NCBI RefSeq assembly: GCF_004010195.1
Contig: NC_057757.1
Span: forward strand, 5,754,532 to 5,818,531
Length of the DNA stretch: 64,000 nucleotides
Direction: 5' to 3'
From: Chiloscyllium plagiosum
Taxonomy: Eukaryota
Under the pieces are notes generated by a model that made no database searches, was not told where the DNA came from, and was given only the letters and a program-made list of their open reading frames with translations. The stretch's first letter is position 1, and each line of letters begins with the position of its first letter. The translations under genes were made by a program, and so were the position numbers. Shown here one piece after another: positions 10,501 to 22,389 of the stretch.

Positions 10501-13500
10501 CAGAGGATCGGTAAGACAAAGGTCTCTGGGATTCTTGGGTGGAGTCTGAGGAAACCCTAGAGAGTTTCTGAAGCCCACACATCTGCCTTTGCCTCTACTA
10601 CTGCCCCCACCACCACCAACACCTCTCTTCGGTCCAGGAATAGAAATGGCCTGAGGAAGGCAAAGCCAAGTGCCATGATGATGATGATGATGAGAGTGAC
10701 AGAGGTATTCAGCTTCGATGGGAAAGCTTGGGCCTACGTGAGAAGGCCTGGTTGGTCGACACCTCTTGTCTCCTTGAGTTCAAGAGAGGCTGTATCTAAC
10801 CCGTAATTCCATGCTGGGAAGTTGAGGAAGTGACGACCTAACCGGGAGACTCGGATCACTCATCTGCTCTCAGGCCTAAATTGTTGCCGTGGAGATGGGC
10901 CAAATCTTGGACACCATCTGGAGGAGGGGTCACTTTGCACTTGAGTGGGGGCTGCATTGGATGCAGAGTGGCTGCTCCATATCCCTCACCGCCACCCTGT
11001 CCCCGAGATACCCTTTCTCTTCCATAGGGCCTACCCCAGCCACACTTCCCTCAAGGATTACCAACCTCCAGCATACAGAGCTACTGAGCGGGGTTTTAAA
11101 AAAAAACCAAATGTGAACCATTGGAGGTTACAGGAGTGACTGAGGGTGTCTTACACACCCAGAAGTGTAGTTTTTGTAAATTTTATATGTATTTTTTAAA
11201 TGTTATGGAAAAGATGCCTTATATTATATGCTCTTTATTCTCTCTGTGCCTGTTGTTAGATTATTGCACACTCTGAGTCACATCTGTAACTCCTTTGGCA
11301 GTCAACCCCATCCTATCATGAATGGAAGCGTTGTATTTATATAGCATCACTTCAGGAAACCCAGAATGTTTTGTAGCCTCTGAAGTCTTTATCTTGAAGT
11401 GTCACTTTTGAAATGTAGGAATCACAACCATTGACTTGCACAAAACAATCTCCCACACACAGCGATACCAAAATATTTTAACCCTGGATGATCATTCATG
11501 GATACATATATGGACATCGGTGTGAACCCTGACAGGACTCCCTCTAACACCACCGGGAATCTGTAGTGATGACCTGAAGGAGCAAACAAGGTCAACAACA
11601 TGTCCAAATGCCAGTGTCGCAGGCAGTGGATCCTGACTCCACAACCCAAAGTGACCTATTGTATCCCCTGGGTGAATATTTATCTACCAACTGCATTGAA
11701 AAGCCTGCTTATTGTAGATTGTGGGACCTCACTATGTGGAAGTTGGGGAAGCCGCATTCCCCACATTGCGACTGATTCCGTTTTACTTAATCGCGTGTGA
11801 AGCATGTGGGATGTCAGGGATTGATGAAAGGCCCCTTGGTGATCTTTGGAGGTGTTGCTGGGAATGGTCACTCCTGAGACAGGGATCAGTGAAAAGGTCT
11901 GGGTTTGTTGTTACAGCATGGAGGTGGGACTGGTCACTTCCACCACTTAAAGGGGAAACTGTTTACCCTGTTGTGCCTTCACTCTGCCTGTCGCCCAGAT
12001 TCCCTGAGACCCATGCTGCTCTTGCCGCTACAATACCTGTACATCAGTGGGAAACAAGAAACCTTAACGCACCATGTCACTGAGCTGGATAGACGTATCT
12101 TTGACTATATTAATCCTGCAAGTGACACCCACGAGGGTAAGTGAGTAGGTTATTCAGTGCAAGCAGGTTTGTGATCAGATGTTGTTCACACTGGGACACA
12201 CTGTAGGATCCAAACTAAAGGGAGCCATTAAGGAAGATGCATAATATAAAATGGAGTTGAGGTAAAAGACCAGCCTGTCTCGATGAATGGTGGAGAGGGG
12301 CTTAATGGCCATGTGCTGTTCCTATTTCTTGTTATAAGACGTGCAAGCTTTGGTTCAATATAAACTGGATTGATCTGTGCTCTGTACGAGAGCCAACATG
12401 CAATAAAACGTGAATAGGATGCAGTCTAAGAGGTGGAGAACATGTATGTTTATAGTGCCTCCCTTTGCCTCAGGGTTCCCACGGGGCTATGCAGCCAACT
12501 GAATTCCTTTGCAGCTTATCACACCCCCTTAATTTTGATGCTTCCACATCTCTTCCTGATTTCCAATCTCTTGCTCCCCGCCAGCCATCCTAAATTTGCT
12601 CTTTCTTATTTCCTGGACTAGCTGAAAGCCCTACCCGAACCTTCCTTCAACTAGCACCCACCTAGGTTCCCTCCCGGCACCTACTGTCATGTCGTTAGAG
12701 GCTGAGACAGCACCAGGGACTAATAAAAAAATCATGAGATCCCCCCATGAAAGGAAATTGGTTTACTTTAATAAACAATGATTAACTGACTTTGATAACG
12801 AAGTATTTCTGGTTGTTTTAAAAAAAAGTCACACAATGGGGGAAAGGGGAGGTGGGGGTCTAATGAGTTGCATTCAAACCAAAAATGCACAAAGCACGAT
12901 TCCAAACTATGACTAGAATCTTCATACTTGAAACGAAATGGACCGTTCTCATTAGCGATATCTTCTCCGGATTTTATTTCCAGGTCTTGGAACATTGCCT
13001 TGGTCAGATACTGGTTTGGGGAGGGGGAGGGGGGAGGGGTGGGTTGGTGCACTCTTCATTGAAGTCCGGAACACAGGACGGAACCGCAATTGAGTCAACA
13101 CCCACCCGTGTCCGCTGGATGTGAGTACGCACTCGTTCCATCGTCCGTCACTTGAATAAACAAATTGGGGTGGTTCAGACTGTTCTCAGACAAGACCGGG
13201 TGAAGAAGAGGTTTGATTACGGTGGTGCAAAATCAGATTGAGAAATTGCTGCCATAGGTGGAAAGATTGAGAACGAGGCGGCACAGATTTATGGGGATTG
13301 GCAAAAAGAAGCAGGGGTAACATGAGCTGGAACTCTATCGTGCAGCAATGGTGGAGGGGCTGGCTGGCAGGACGGTGGGGGGGCTGGTTCAGCCGGGGAT
13401 TGCGAGGGGGACTTAAACGATCGTCTGAAAAAGGAAGAAAGCACTAAGTGCTCGTTTTAGAGAGCCAGCACAACTACAAGAGGCCTTCTGTGAAGTAACA

Positions 13501-13704
13501 ATGCTGTCATTATAGGCACCCTTCAGTTTTCCCACTTTGGCCTTACTGATGTGGGAGGGGCTGGCTTGGGTTAAGGTAGGAGCAATCATATCCCCGGCCT
13601 GTCTCTGTACTAAGCAGCTGGAGAATTTGTTCATTGTTAATGAATTCAGTGGAAATGGGAATAAGCTGTCTGCTGTTTGGAGTTGATAGCTAATACAAAT
13701 GAAG

Positions 13705-13874
13705 TTAAAAATCACACAACAGCAGGTTATAGTCCAACAGGTTTAATTGGAAGCGCTAGCTTTCAGAGGATGAAGGAGCTAGTGCTTCCAATTAAAGCTG
13801 TTGGGCTATAACCTGCTGTTGTGTGATTTTTAACTTTGTCCACCCCAGTCCAACACCGGCACCTCCAAATCGTG
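13705..13874. mobile_element. Fold-back Penelope-like insertion (family B) with 10-bp TSD
   Basis: Inverted arms (aaaaatcacacaacagcaggttatag / ctataacctgctgttgtgtgattttt). Direct repeat acaaatgaag at 13695-13704 and 13875-13884. Homologous to 22167-22364. Confidence 0.75.
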
Positions 13875-14096
13875 ACAAATGAAGATGGGTATGATTGTTG
13901 GAGGTTAATTATCTCATCTACAAGACCTTCAGGGTAGATACTTGCTAAATCAACCTGTTAAGAGATATTACGATGCAACATGGAACAGCTGGGACTTGAC
14001 CCAGACCTCCTAGCTCAGAGGTACGTATACTACCACTATGCCATAAAAAGCCCTAAGGTCATCCAGGTAGTATCCTAGGCCAACCACTTTCAGATG

Positions 14097-14630
14097 CTTG
14101 GAATATTGTGTCCAGTTCTGGTTGCCCTACTATAGGAAAGATACAAGGGCTTTGGAGAGGAGGCAAAGAAGGTTTACCGGGGTGCTGCCTGGACTGGAGG
14201 GCTTGTCTTATGAAGAAAGGTTGAATAAGCTCAGACTTTTCTCTCTGGAGAGAAGGAGGAAGAGAGGTGACCTGATCGAGGTATACAAGATAATGAGAGG
14301 AACGGATAAAGTCAATAGCAGAGACTTTTCCCCAGGGCAGGATTGACTGGTACGAGGAGTCATAGTTTTACGATATTAGGAGAAAGGTATAGAGGAGACG
14401 TCAGAGGAAGGTTCTTTATGCAGAGAGTTGTGAATGCATGGAATGTGTTGCCAGTGGTGGTGGAAGCAGAGTCACTAGGGACATTTAAGTGACTGCTGGA
14501 CATGCACATGGATAGCAGTGAGTTGAGGGGTGCTTCGGTTAAGTTATTTTAATTTACATTAGGATTAACCCTCAGCACAACATCATGGGCCAAAGGGCCT
14601 GTTCTGTGCTGTACTTTTCTATGTTCTATG
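14097..14630 (+). mobile_element. CR1-type LINE 3' fragment
   Basis: EYCVQFWLP...RGDLIEVYKIMRG; tail ends ttctatgttctatg. Confidence 0.9.
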
Positions 14631-14944
14631 CTTCATCAATCACTTTCCCTCCATCACAAGGTCAGAATGGCATAACTCATTGATGGGTTACACAGTGTTG
14701 AGTTCCATTTGCAACTCCTCAGCCACTGAAGTAGTCCATGTCCAGAGGTAGCAGATCCCAGATAACATTTACAGTGGTAAAAGGCACCCGCCACATAACT
14801 ACCAGACAATGACCATCTCCAACAAAAACTAATGTAACCTTTTTTCCTTGTCATTCAATGGCATTACCATCGCCGAATCCCCAACTATCACTATTCTGAC
14901 TACGAATAGCTGCACCCCATAATAATACAGTGGCTACAACAGCA

Positions 14945-15033
14945 AGTTAGAGGCTAGGAATCCTGCAGCAAGTAATTCACAACTCTCCGAGTTAGAGGCT
15001 AGGAATCCTGCAGCAAGTGACTCACAACTCTCC
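14945..15033. repeat. 45-bp tandem duplication inside an old LINE remnant
   Basis: agttagaggctaggaatcctgcagcaagt(aa/ga)(t/c)tcacaactctcc at 14945 and 14990. Confidence 0.85.
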
Positions 15034-15774
15034 AAAGCCTATCTGCCATCTACAAGGTATAAGTCAGGAGTGTGCTGGAATACTCCCCACTTTCCCACAT
15101 GGGGAGGCTGAGGGGTGACCTTATAGAGGTTTACAAAATCATGAGGGGCATGGATAGGATAAATAGGGTGCTGGCAGGTGGGACTAGATTGAGTTGGGAT
15201 ATCTGGACGGGTTGGACTGAAGGGTCTGTTTTCCATGCTGTACATCTCCCTGACTCTATGAGTGCAGCTCTAACAACACGAAACCCAATACCATTGAGGG
15301 CAAAGCAGTCTGTTTGACTGGCACCTGATTCAGCACCTTCGACAGTCACTCCCTCCACCACAGACGTGCAGTGGCGACAGTGTGTACCATGTACATACTC
15401 TGACTCTCATGGATGACCTGTAATTTTAAAGCTGTACTCGCTAGTTTTAGGCTCACCCGAACAAGGAAATACTTGTTCCACCTCCACTTTGTCAAACCTA
15501 TTCAGGATCTTTAAGTCGTCAGCCCCTCAGTCTTCCAAACGCCAGCGGAAACAATCCCAGCCTGTCCAACCTGTTCTCATAGTCAACTCACTCATTCCAG
15601 GAACCAAGTGAGGAAATGTCCCCAAAATTCCTCCAATCTTTCCTTTAAATAAAGAAGTCAGAACTGCACAATATCTGGTCTCACCAATGTCCTGTACAAC
15701 TGGAACATAGCATTCCTACTTTTATTATGGCAAAACATAGCGGATGCTGGAAATCTGAAAGAAACCGTGGTGGT

Positions 15775-16050
15775 TGCATGATGGCTCAGTGGTTAGCGCT
15801 GCTGCCTCACAGCACCAGGGTCCCAGGTTCGATTCCAGCCTCGGGTAACTGTCTGTGTGGGTTTCCTCTGAGTGCTCCGGTTTCCTTCCAAAGATCTGCA
15901 GCTCGGGGTGGATTGGCCGTGCTAAATTGCCCATAGTGTTAGGTGCGTACGTCAGAGGGAAATGGGTCTGGGTGGGTTACTCTTCGGAGGGTCGGTGTGG
16001 ACTTGTTGGGCTGAAGGGCCTGTTTCCACACTGTAGGGAATCTAATCTAA
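15775..16050 (+). mobile_element. V-SINE (HE1-like) with internal deletion
   Basis: tggctcagtggttagc..ggttcgattcc head and aatctaatct tail. Confidence 0.88.
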
Positions 16051-16667
16051 CAGTGAATTCCAGACAAACTCAGCAGGTCTGGCAGCATTTGTGGAGAGGG
16101 AAACCAAAGTTAACATTTCGAGTCCAGTGTGACTTCAGAACTTACTTTTCATTCGATTCCTCTCATTAAATAATTACATCCCATTAGCGTTCTGCACTGT
16201 ATTACTAACATATTGTGACTCACGCACCAGAGCTCCCAAGTCCCTCTGTGCCTTGGAATCCTACAGTTGTTCCCTGTTTAGATATTACTGTTTTTTTTTC
16301 ATGCTTCTTGCTCAAGTGAATAACTTCACATTGTGGCACATTGAAGCAAAGGGTTTCAGTTTTCCTACAGAGACATCCTGACCTAGCTTCAGTAACTGGA
16401 CTGCACTGTGGGGGGTGTGTGAAGGATTCAACCGGGAAGAGAGAGAGAGAGAGAGAGATTTAACTCTCTGGCCCACAAGTGAGAGCGGGAAGGCTAAACT
16501 TTTCTTGTACGAAATTGGAAAAAGGAGACAGCCTTCTAGCGAAACTGTTGCCTAGCGCGTTGCATTCACACCAGAGACTGGAGAATGGGGTGGACTGGGG
16601 AGGGAAGACGCTTTTACTCAAATGGTTGGGGGGGGGGGGGGGCGGAGAGAACTGCCAGGGGTCGGCA

Positions 16668-16817
16668 TTACGCCAAGGGGTCGAAGGGATTGACAGGCGG
16701 AACATTGTAGCTGGCATCTAGGAAGATGGCGAGCGTCCCCAGTGAGGTGAAGGTGACGAAGACCCACAGGAACAGCCGGTCCACGACCATAGCCACGTAC
16801 TGCCAGTCCTCCTTCAG
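16668..16817 (-). CDS. CHRNB1: Muscle-type nicotinic acetylcholine receptor beta-1 subunit, last exon with M4 ([49 protein letters not shown])
   Basis: Minus-strand acceptor tctttcgcag and TAA stop; 150 nt. [14 protein letters not shown] and IFLDASxNVPP match vertebrate and Torpedo beta1. Confidence 0.95.
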   Translation of the reverse strand: MKEDWQYVAMVVDRLFLWVFVTFTSLGTLAIFLDASYNVPPVNPFDPLA

Positions 16818-18091
16818 CTGCGAAAGACAAGGAAAAAGGTCACAGCAAAAGCAAGAAAACGGCAGGTTCCATTTCCGGCTTACGCCTGAGTAGGCCTCTT
16901 CCAACTTCAGGCAGCCGTGGGGGAGGTTTTGGGGAACGTTGCTTCAATTGGCCGCCTGTGTCCCTGAACGAGAGACGTGAGAGGACAGCGAAAGTGATGT
17001 GAATGAAACGGAGGCGGCATTGAGCGGAAAAGCCCCCAGGCCGCGTCTACGCACCACTTTTTAATCGAAGCTGTGGTGAGGTAAGGGGCTGGACAGAGTG
17101 TCAGTGACAGAGTATTGTCAGAGCAGACTGCCATGTGGCATGTCAGTCAGGGTGTCCCTACTCCTGATTCGAGAGTGTGGCGCTGGAGAAGCACAGCAGG
17201 TCGGGCAGCATCCGAGGAGCGGGAGAGCCGACATTATGGACACAAGCCCTTCATCAGGGCCTCTCCTACCCCTGATGGTGACCGCATGTCAGTCGAGCCC
17301 TGCCTAATCCCTCTGGCACACCCGAATCTGTGCCAACCAGCTCAGAATGTCAGCCACTGGTTAAATTTATCCCATCGTTTTGTTTCAGCAGCACTGTGTT
17401 CTTCCCTGGTCAGAATGTTCTCTCTCAGTGTTACCGTCACCGCTTCAAAGACTCCAGCGCGCCTGATTCAGATACTGAGGGAGCACTGCACTGCCAGAGG
17501 AGACATCTTCTACGCAAAATATATTGGAAGTCCCGTCCACCCTCATAAACCCCAGCGCCAACTTTTCGACAATGGGCGATGGGATCTGCGAGGAGGGTGG
17601 GGTGAGAAAGGTTCGCCCATCCCTTGAGAAATTATGCTGCTTGCCGTCCTCAAAAATGGCTGCCCGATTTCCAATAGCGGGGGGGCAGTAACAGAGAGTG
17701 AGCAGGAGTCAGCACGGTATGACCCAGGATCTCGGTCACCCTTTCACCCCATTGACCTTGCGGCCAGACATCTTGAACTCGGACTTTTGCCCCCTGTCCG
17801 GTTGGCGCAATTCCCAGTCGGGACCCCTCTTTCCAGCCCAATTCCTCGCTGCGTCCCTCACTCCATGTACACATTGAAACACCGATAATGCCCGGTCCAA
17901 CGAACCCTCCCACCCTTCAAACTGTTGTGACAGTTGGATGAATGGTCCCCAACTAAAATGACGGAGGTCAAGCCTTTAGTGCTCTACAGGAAGTGGTCGT
18001 TGGGGAACGGAGTTTGCTTTATCTCTACCAGCCCTTCTGCTCCCAGGTTGGTTACTCCCCAGGCACCACCCTCACACGCCTGCCCACTCAC

Positions 18092-18245
18092 CTTGTCATA
18101 TTCCTCTTGCCCCTGTAGCTCCTTGGCGATGTACTTGATGGCGTCCACAGCTGCTTTCAGATCCGGAGGCAATACCACTTGGGGAACAAGGCTGTTTATG
18201 TATCTGTTTATCTCCGGAAACAGGTGGCTTGGGGGCAAATCCACT
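18092..18245 (-). CDS. CHRNB1: CHRNB1 penultimate exon, M3-M4 loop and MA helix (VDLPPSHLFPEINRYINSLVPQVVLPPDLKAAVDAIKYIAKELQGQEEYDK)
   Basis: Acceptor ccccacag, donor gtgagt. 154 nt, phase 2-0, consistent with both neighbours. LPxDLKxAVxAIKYIA matches Torpedo beta. Confidence 0.94.
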
Positions 18246-18769
18246 CTGTGGGGAGGGAAGAACAGTTGATTCCAGGGTTTCCCAAGAGTGGTGTTGGCGA
18301 GCTGAAATCTTGCAGTGGTGAGCAGTCAGGCTGTCATGGAGTTCTGGCTGTGTAACAACCGCGATACCCCCCACCCCCAAAGGCACCCTGCCCTGACAGC
18401 ACCTTCCCACCCATCCCTCTGATACCTCTGAATGAGGGGGTCACGACAATCTTCTAGCCTCAAAATAGGGTCACATGGGGAAAGGTTTGGGGAACGCTGG
18501 TTTATGGGTTGGGATGGAGTGCTGGAGGGATAGGGCATGGGGTTCATGGCAAATAATGGACAGAGTGCCAGCTGGGTCATCAACTTCCCAACAGAAATTA
18601 GACATCATTCCTAGGACCCAATGGATAAAAAACATTAGATCATAAGATTATGGGAGCAGAATTAGGCTATTGAGTCTGTTCCACTATTCAATTATGGCTG
18701 GCATGTTTCTCAAGCCCATTCTTCTGCCTTCCCCCTGTAATCCTCAATTCCCTGTACTAAACAAGACCC

Positions 18770-19815
18770 TAGGTGTCGAAGATGAGGGAGAATTTCCATG
18801 TTACTGATGATTATGTCTGCAGTAAGTGTGTTTGGTTGCGAATCCTATCAGATCGCATGGACCATTTGGAGCGGCAGTTAGTGGCAATGAGGGATTTACA
18901 GGAGCTAAGGGGTGTGATGCATGGCAGTTATAGGAAGGGAGAAAAATCGCAGACACAGTCAGGCAGATGGGTTACCACCAGGAAAGGGAGACAGGTAGTG
19001 CAGATATCTCCTGTGGCTATCCCCATCTCCAACAAGGACGCTGTTTTGGGAAGTGTAAGGGGTGATGGACTCTCAGGGGAATGTAGCACAAACAGCCAAG
19101 TTTCTGGTATCAAGACTGGCTCTAATGTAATGAGGGGGTAGGTCGGGTTCCAAGCGATCAATTGTGATGGGGACACTATAGTCAGAGGAACAGACAGACA
19201 TTTTTGTGGCCAACGGCAAGAAATCAGAATGGTGTGTTGACTCTCTAGTGCCGGGATTAAGGATCTCTCAGAGAGAGTGCAGAATGTTCTCAAAGAGGAG
19301 AGGGACCTTCAGGAGGTTACTGAACACATCAGAACCAACGACATTGGAAGGGAAAAGGATGAGATTCTGAAGGGAGAATATAGGAAGTTAGGCAGGAATT
19401 TGAAAAGGAGGTTCTCGAGGGTAGTAATATCTGGATTACTCCCAGTGCTACGAGCTAGTGAGGGCAGGAATAGGAGGATGGAGCAGATGAATGCATGGCT
19501 GAGGAGCTGGTGTATGGGAGAAGGATTCATGGTTTTGGATCATTGGAATCTCTTTTGGGGTAGAAGTGACCTGTACAAGGACGGATTGCACCTAAATTGG
19601 AAGGAGACTAATATATTGGCAGGGAGATTTGCTGGAGCTACTAAGGAGGACTGAAGCTAGTAAGGTGGGGGGGTCGGACTCAGGGAAATAGTGAGGAAAG
19701 AGATCAATCTGAGGTGGGTACAGTTGGGTAAAGGTGCAAGTCAAAACAGTCAGGGCAGGCAGGGACAAAGCAGAGAACATGGTCGGACTGATAAATTAAA
19801 CTGCGTTTATTTCAG
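18770..19815 (+). mobile_element. CR1 LINE ORF1 region (Cys-rich finger, coiled coil, SGNH esterase), decayed
   Basis: ORFs 18773-19141 (DDYVCSKC) and 19277-19654 (HIxTND, VVISGLLP, DGLHLN). The intervening GDTIVRGTDRHFCG block is disrupted. Ends at the ORF2 start KLNCVYF. Confidence 0.88.
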
Positions 19816-19819
19816 CAAG

Positions 19820-20250
19820 GAGAAGGTAAGGACTGCAGATGCTGGAGATCAGAGTCGAGAGTGTGGTGCTGGAAAAGCACAGCCGGTCAGGCAGCATCCC
19901 AGGGGCAGGCGAATCGACGTTTTGGGCATAAGCCCTTCATCAGGAATGAGACTTGTGTGCCAAGGGGGTAGAGAGATGAATGGGAGGAGGTGGGGGGTGG
20001 CTCTGGGGGGGGAAGATAACTGAGAATGTGATAAGTGGATGGAGGTGAGGGGTGATGGTGATAGGTTGGAGAGGAGGGTGGAGTGGATAGGTGGGAAGGA
20101 AGATGGACAGGTCATGAGGACGGTGCCGAGTTGGAAGCTTGGAACTGGGATAAGGTGGGGGGAGGGGAAATGAGGAAACTGGTGAAGCCCACATTAATTC
20201 CGTATGTTTGGAGGGTCCAAGGCGGAAGATGAGGCGTTCTTCCTCCAGGT
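19820..20250 (-). mobile_element. Penelope-like element 3' end (GIY-YIG C-terminus plus terminal repeat, family A)
   Basis: Minus strand LEEERLIFRLG, then CTGATGAAGGGCTTATGCCCAAAACGTC (hammerhead core with GAAA>AAAA), then the shared terminus gatctccagcatctgcagtcct. Confidence 0.8.
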
Positions 20251-20920
20251 GTGGCTCAGTGGTTAGCACTGCTGCCTCGCAGCACCAGGGACCCAGGTTC
20301 GATTCCAGCCTCGAGCTACTGTGTGGAGTTTGCACATTCTCCCCATGTTTGTGTGGGTGTACTCCAGCTACTCCAGTTTCCTTCCACAATCCAAAGATGT
20401 GTAGGTTAGGACAAATTGGCCCAACAAGTCCACATTGACACTCCAAAGAGTAACCCACCCAGATCCATTCCCCTACCTTATTATCCTTTATTTACCCTTG
20501 AATAATGCACCCAACCTGCACATCCCTGAGCACCATGGGTAATTTAGCACGGCAATCCACCCTAACCTGCACATCCCTGAGCACTATGAGTAATTTAGCA
20601 TGGCCAATCCACCCTAACCTGCACATCCCTGGGCACTATGGGTAATGTAGCACGGCCAATCCACCCTAACCTGCACATCCCTGGGCACCATGGGTAATGT
20701 AGCACGGCCAATCCACCCTAACCTGCACATCCCTGGGCACTATGGGTAATTTAGCATGGCCAATCCACCCTAACCTGCACACCCCTGGGCACCATGGGTA
20801 ATGTAGCACGGCCAATCCACCCTAACCTGCACATCCCTGGGCACTATGGGTAATTTAGCACAGCCAATCCACCCTAATCTACACATCTTTGGATTGTGGG
20901 AGGAAACCCACGCAGACACG
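20249..20920. mobile_element. Two opposed V-SINE fragments (+ about 20249-20405; - about 20417-20920); the second carries an internal tandem array
   Basis: tRNA head and V-domain on +, followed by the reverse-complement SINE tail and body. Confidence 0.8.
20514..20885. repeat. 52-bp SINE-derived minisatellite, about 7 copies
   Basis: Unit acctgcacatccctgggcactatgggtaatttagcacggccaatccacccta starts at 20514, 20565, 20617, 20669, 20721, 20773 and 20825. Confidence 0.95.
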
Positions 20921-21696
20921 GGGAGAATGTGGGTCCCTGGTGCTGCTCGTGATGGAGGCTGGTACCATTACAGCATTTAAAAGGCATCTGGATGGGGACA
21001 TTAATAGGAAGGGTTTAGAGGGATATGGGCAAGTGCTGGCAAATGGGACTAGATTAGGTTGGGATATCTGGTCAGCTTGGGCAAGTCAGGCCGGAGGGTC
21101 TGTTTCCGTGCCGTATACTCGATGGGTTCTGTCAGGAGTTGAACAGCCTTACTCACATGAAAAGCAGGTAACCTCAGGGTCAGTGTATCTGTTCACAGAG
21201 CTCAGAGATACGCCAGATCGGAATCTCAATGTGCAGGGAGCAGGATTGGCTTAAAACATTATGCCAACCTGGAATTCACTCTCCGTGTGGAGGAGGGGTG
21301 GGGGTATGGAGGTGGAGCCGACCCAGGATTTTTAACGGAAATAGGATAGACAATAAACCCGCGGAAAAGGGAGGGAATGAGATCGCGTCGTTTGATCAGA
21401 GGCTCGGCACGCTCTTGATGGGCCGGTCGGCCTCTTTCTGTGCTGCAAGAGGTTGGAGATTGAAGCCCAGTGTAGGCCCAGTTCAGGTCGGGGATTGGTG
21501 AACAAACTCATTCTTGACAACCAACCAGAAATGATCTGTGGGTCATTTTTTTCTCCCCCCCCCCGGTAGAGCCCTCACATTAACGGACACGCTGAGCTCA
21601 AGGCTGACCACCGTAAGTGAACAAGAATCAGAGTGCGACAGAAAAGGGCGAGAGGACCGGGTACATGGGGGTACGCCACGATTGTGCAAAGGGTAC

Positions 21697-21851
21697 CTCA
21701 TGTTCGCCTTCAGGTTGTTTAAGTCCATGGCGGGTTTTCGGATGAAGTATTCGTCCGTGACACGGCTCAGGGCAACACGTTTCTCACTCTCTGAGGCCTC
21801 CACTTTAGGCCTTTGGATCCGCAGGTACTTGGGTAACACTTGGATGAAAAT
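21697..21851 (-). CDS. CHRNB1: CHRNB1 exon, cytoplasmic loop (IFIQVLPKYLRIQRPKVEASESEKRVALSRVTDEYFIRKPAMDLNNLKANMR)
   Basis: Acceptor cccttcag, donor gtaccc. 155 nt, phase 0-2; AG plus the first A of the next exon gives Arg. Contains the beta1-specific DEYFIRKP. Confidence 0.94.
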
Positions 21852-22166
21852 CTGAAGGGCAGGGAGCAAGAGATACAGAAAGAGTCACACCACACATCTC
21901 TACTGTTACAATCTGCATCTACGTGGCGCCTTTAACATAATAAACTATCCCAGCCGTTTCACAGGAGTGGCTGTTGACAATGAGCCACAGAAGGTGATGT
22001 CCAGAACCACAGGCTTGGCCAAAGATGTCAACGTTAAGGAGCATCTTAAGGGAAGCAGAGGACTTGGATAAGGGAGAATGTTGTAGACTGGTGGTCAGTA
22101 CTACAGGACAGAGCAAGTGGAACAACAGATCCACTGCTCACACTGTTGGTGACTAAAATAAGTTCC

Positions 22167-22364
22167 AAATCCCACAATGCCAGGTTACAGTCCAACAGGT
22201 ATAATTGGAAGCACTAGCTTTCGGAGTGACGCTCCTTCCTCAGAACCACCCAATAGCAGCGCTCTGAAGGCTAGTGCTTCCAAACAAACCTGTTGGACTA
22301 TAACCTGGTGTTGTGTGATTTGGAACTTTGTACGCCCCAGTCCAACACCGGCATCTCCAAATCA
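22167..22364. mobile_element. Fold-back Penelope-like insertion (family B) with TSD and hammerhead core
   Basis: Inverted arms. Direct repeat taaaa(t/c)aagttcc at 22154-22166 and 22365-22377. Minus strand 22243-22215 reads CTGAGGA-A-GGAG-CGTCA-CTCC-GAAA-GC-TA. Confidence 0.75.
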
Positions 22365-22389
22365 TAAAACAAGTTCCTAAGTCCAGGTC

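Noticed and set aside
10500..11300. Acidic-coding-looking stretch with (GAT)n as an extra gene
   Set aside because: No sustained ORF or recognisable homology; more likely a decayed retroelement or neutral sequence.
7600..16667. Poly(A) signals for PLOD3 and CHRNB1
   Set aside because: Several AATAAA/ATTAAA hexamers occur, some inside repeats; none can be assigned without transcript data.
18773..19654. Host SGNH esterase gene or domesticated ORF1
   Set aside because: Broken by stops and frameshifts and contiguous with the CR1 ORF2 start; a decayed LINE.
19916..19943. Active hammerhead in this copy (and at 59251-59275 and about 31430-31470)
   Set aside because: Core mutations: GAAA>AAAA here and at 31.4 kb, and loss of NGA at 59.27 kb.
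20514..20885. CRISPR-like array (also 41799-42210 and 500-740)
   Set aside because: Head-to-tail repeats with no unique spacers and no cas genes, in a vertebrate context. The two 52-bp arrays derive from SINE sequence.
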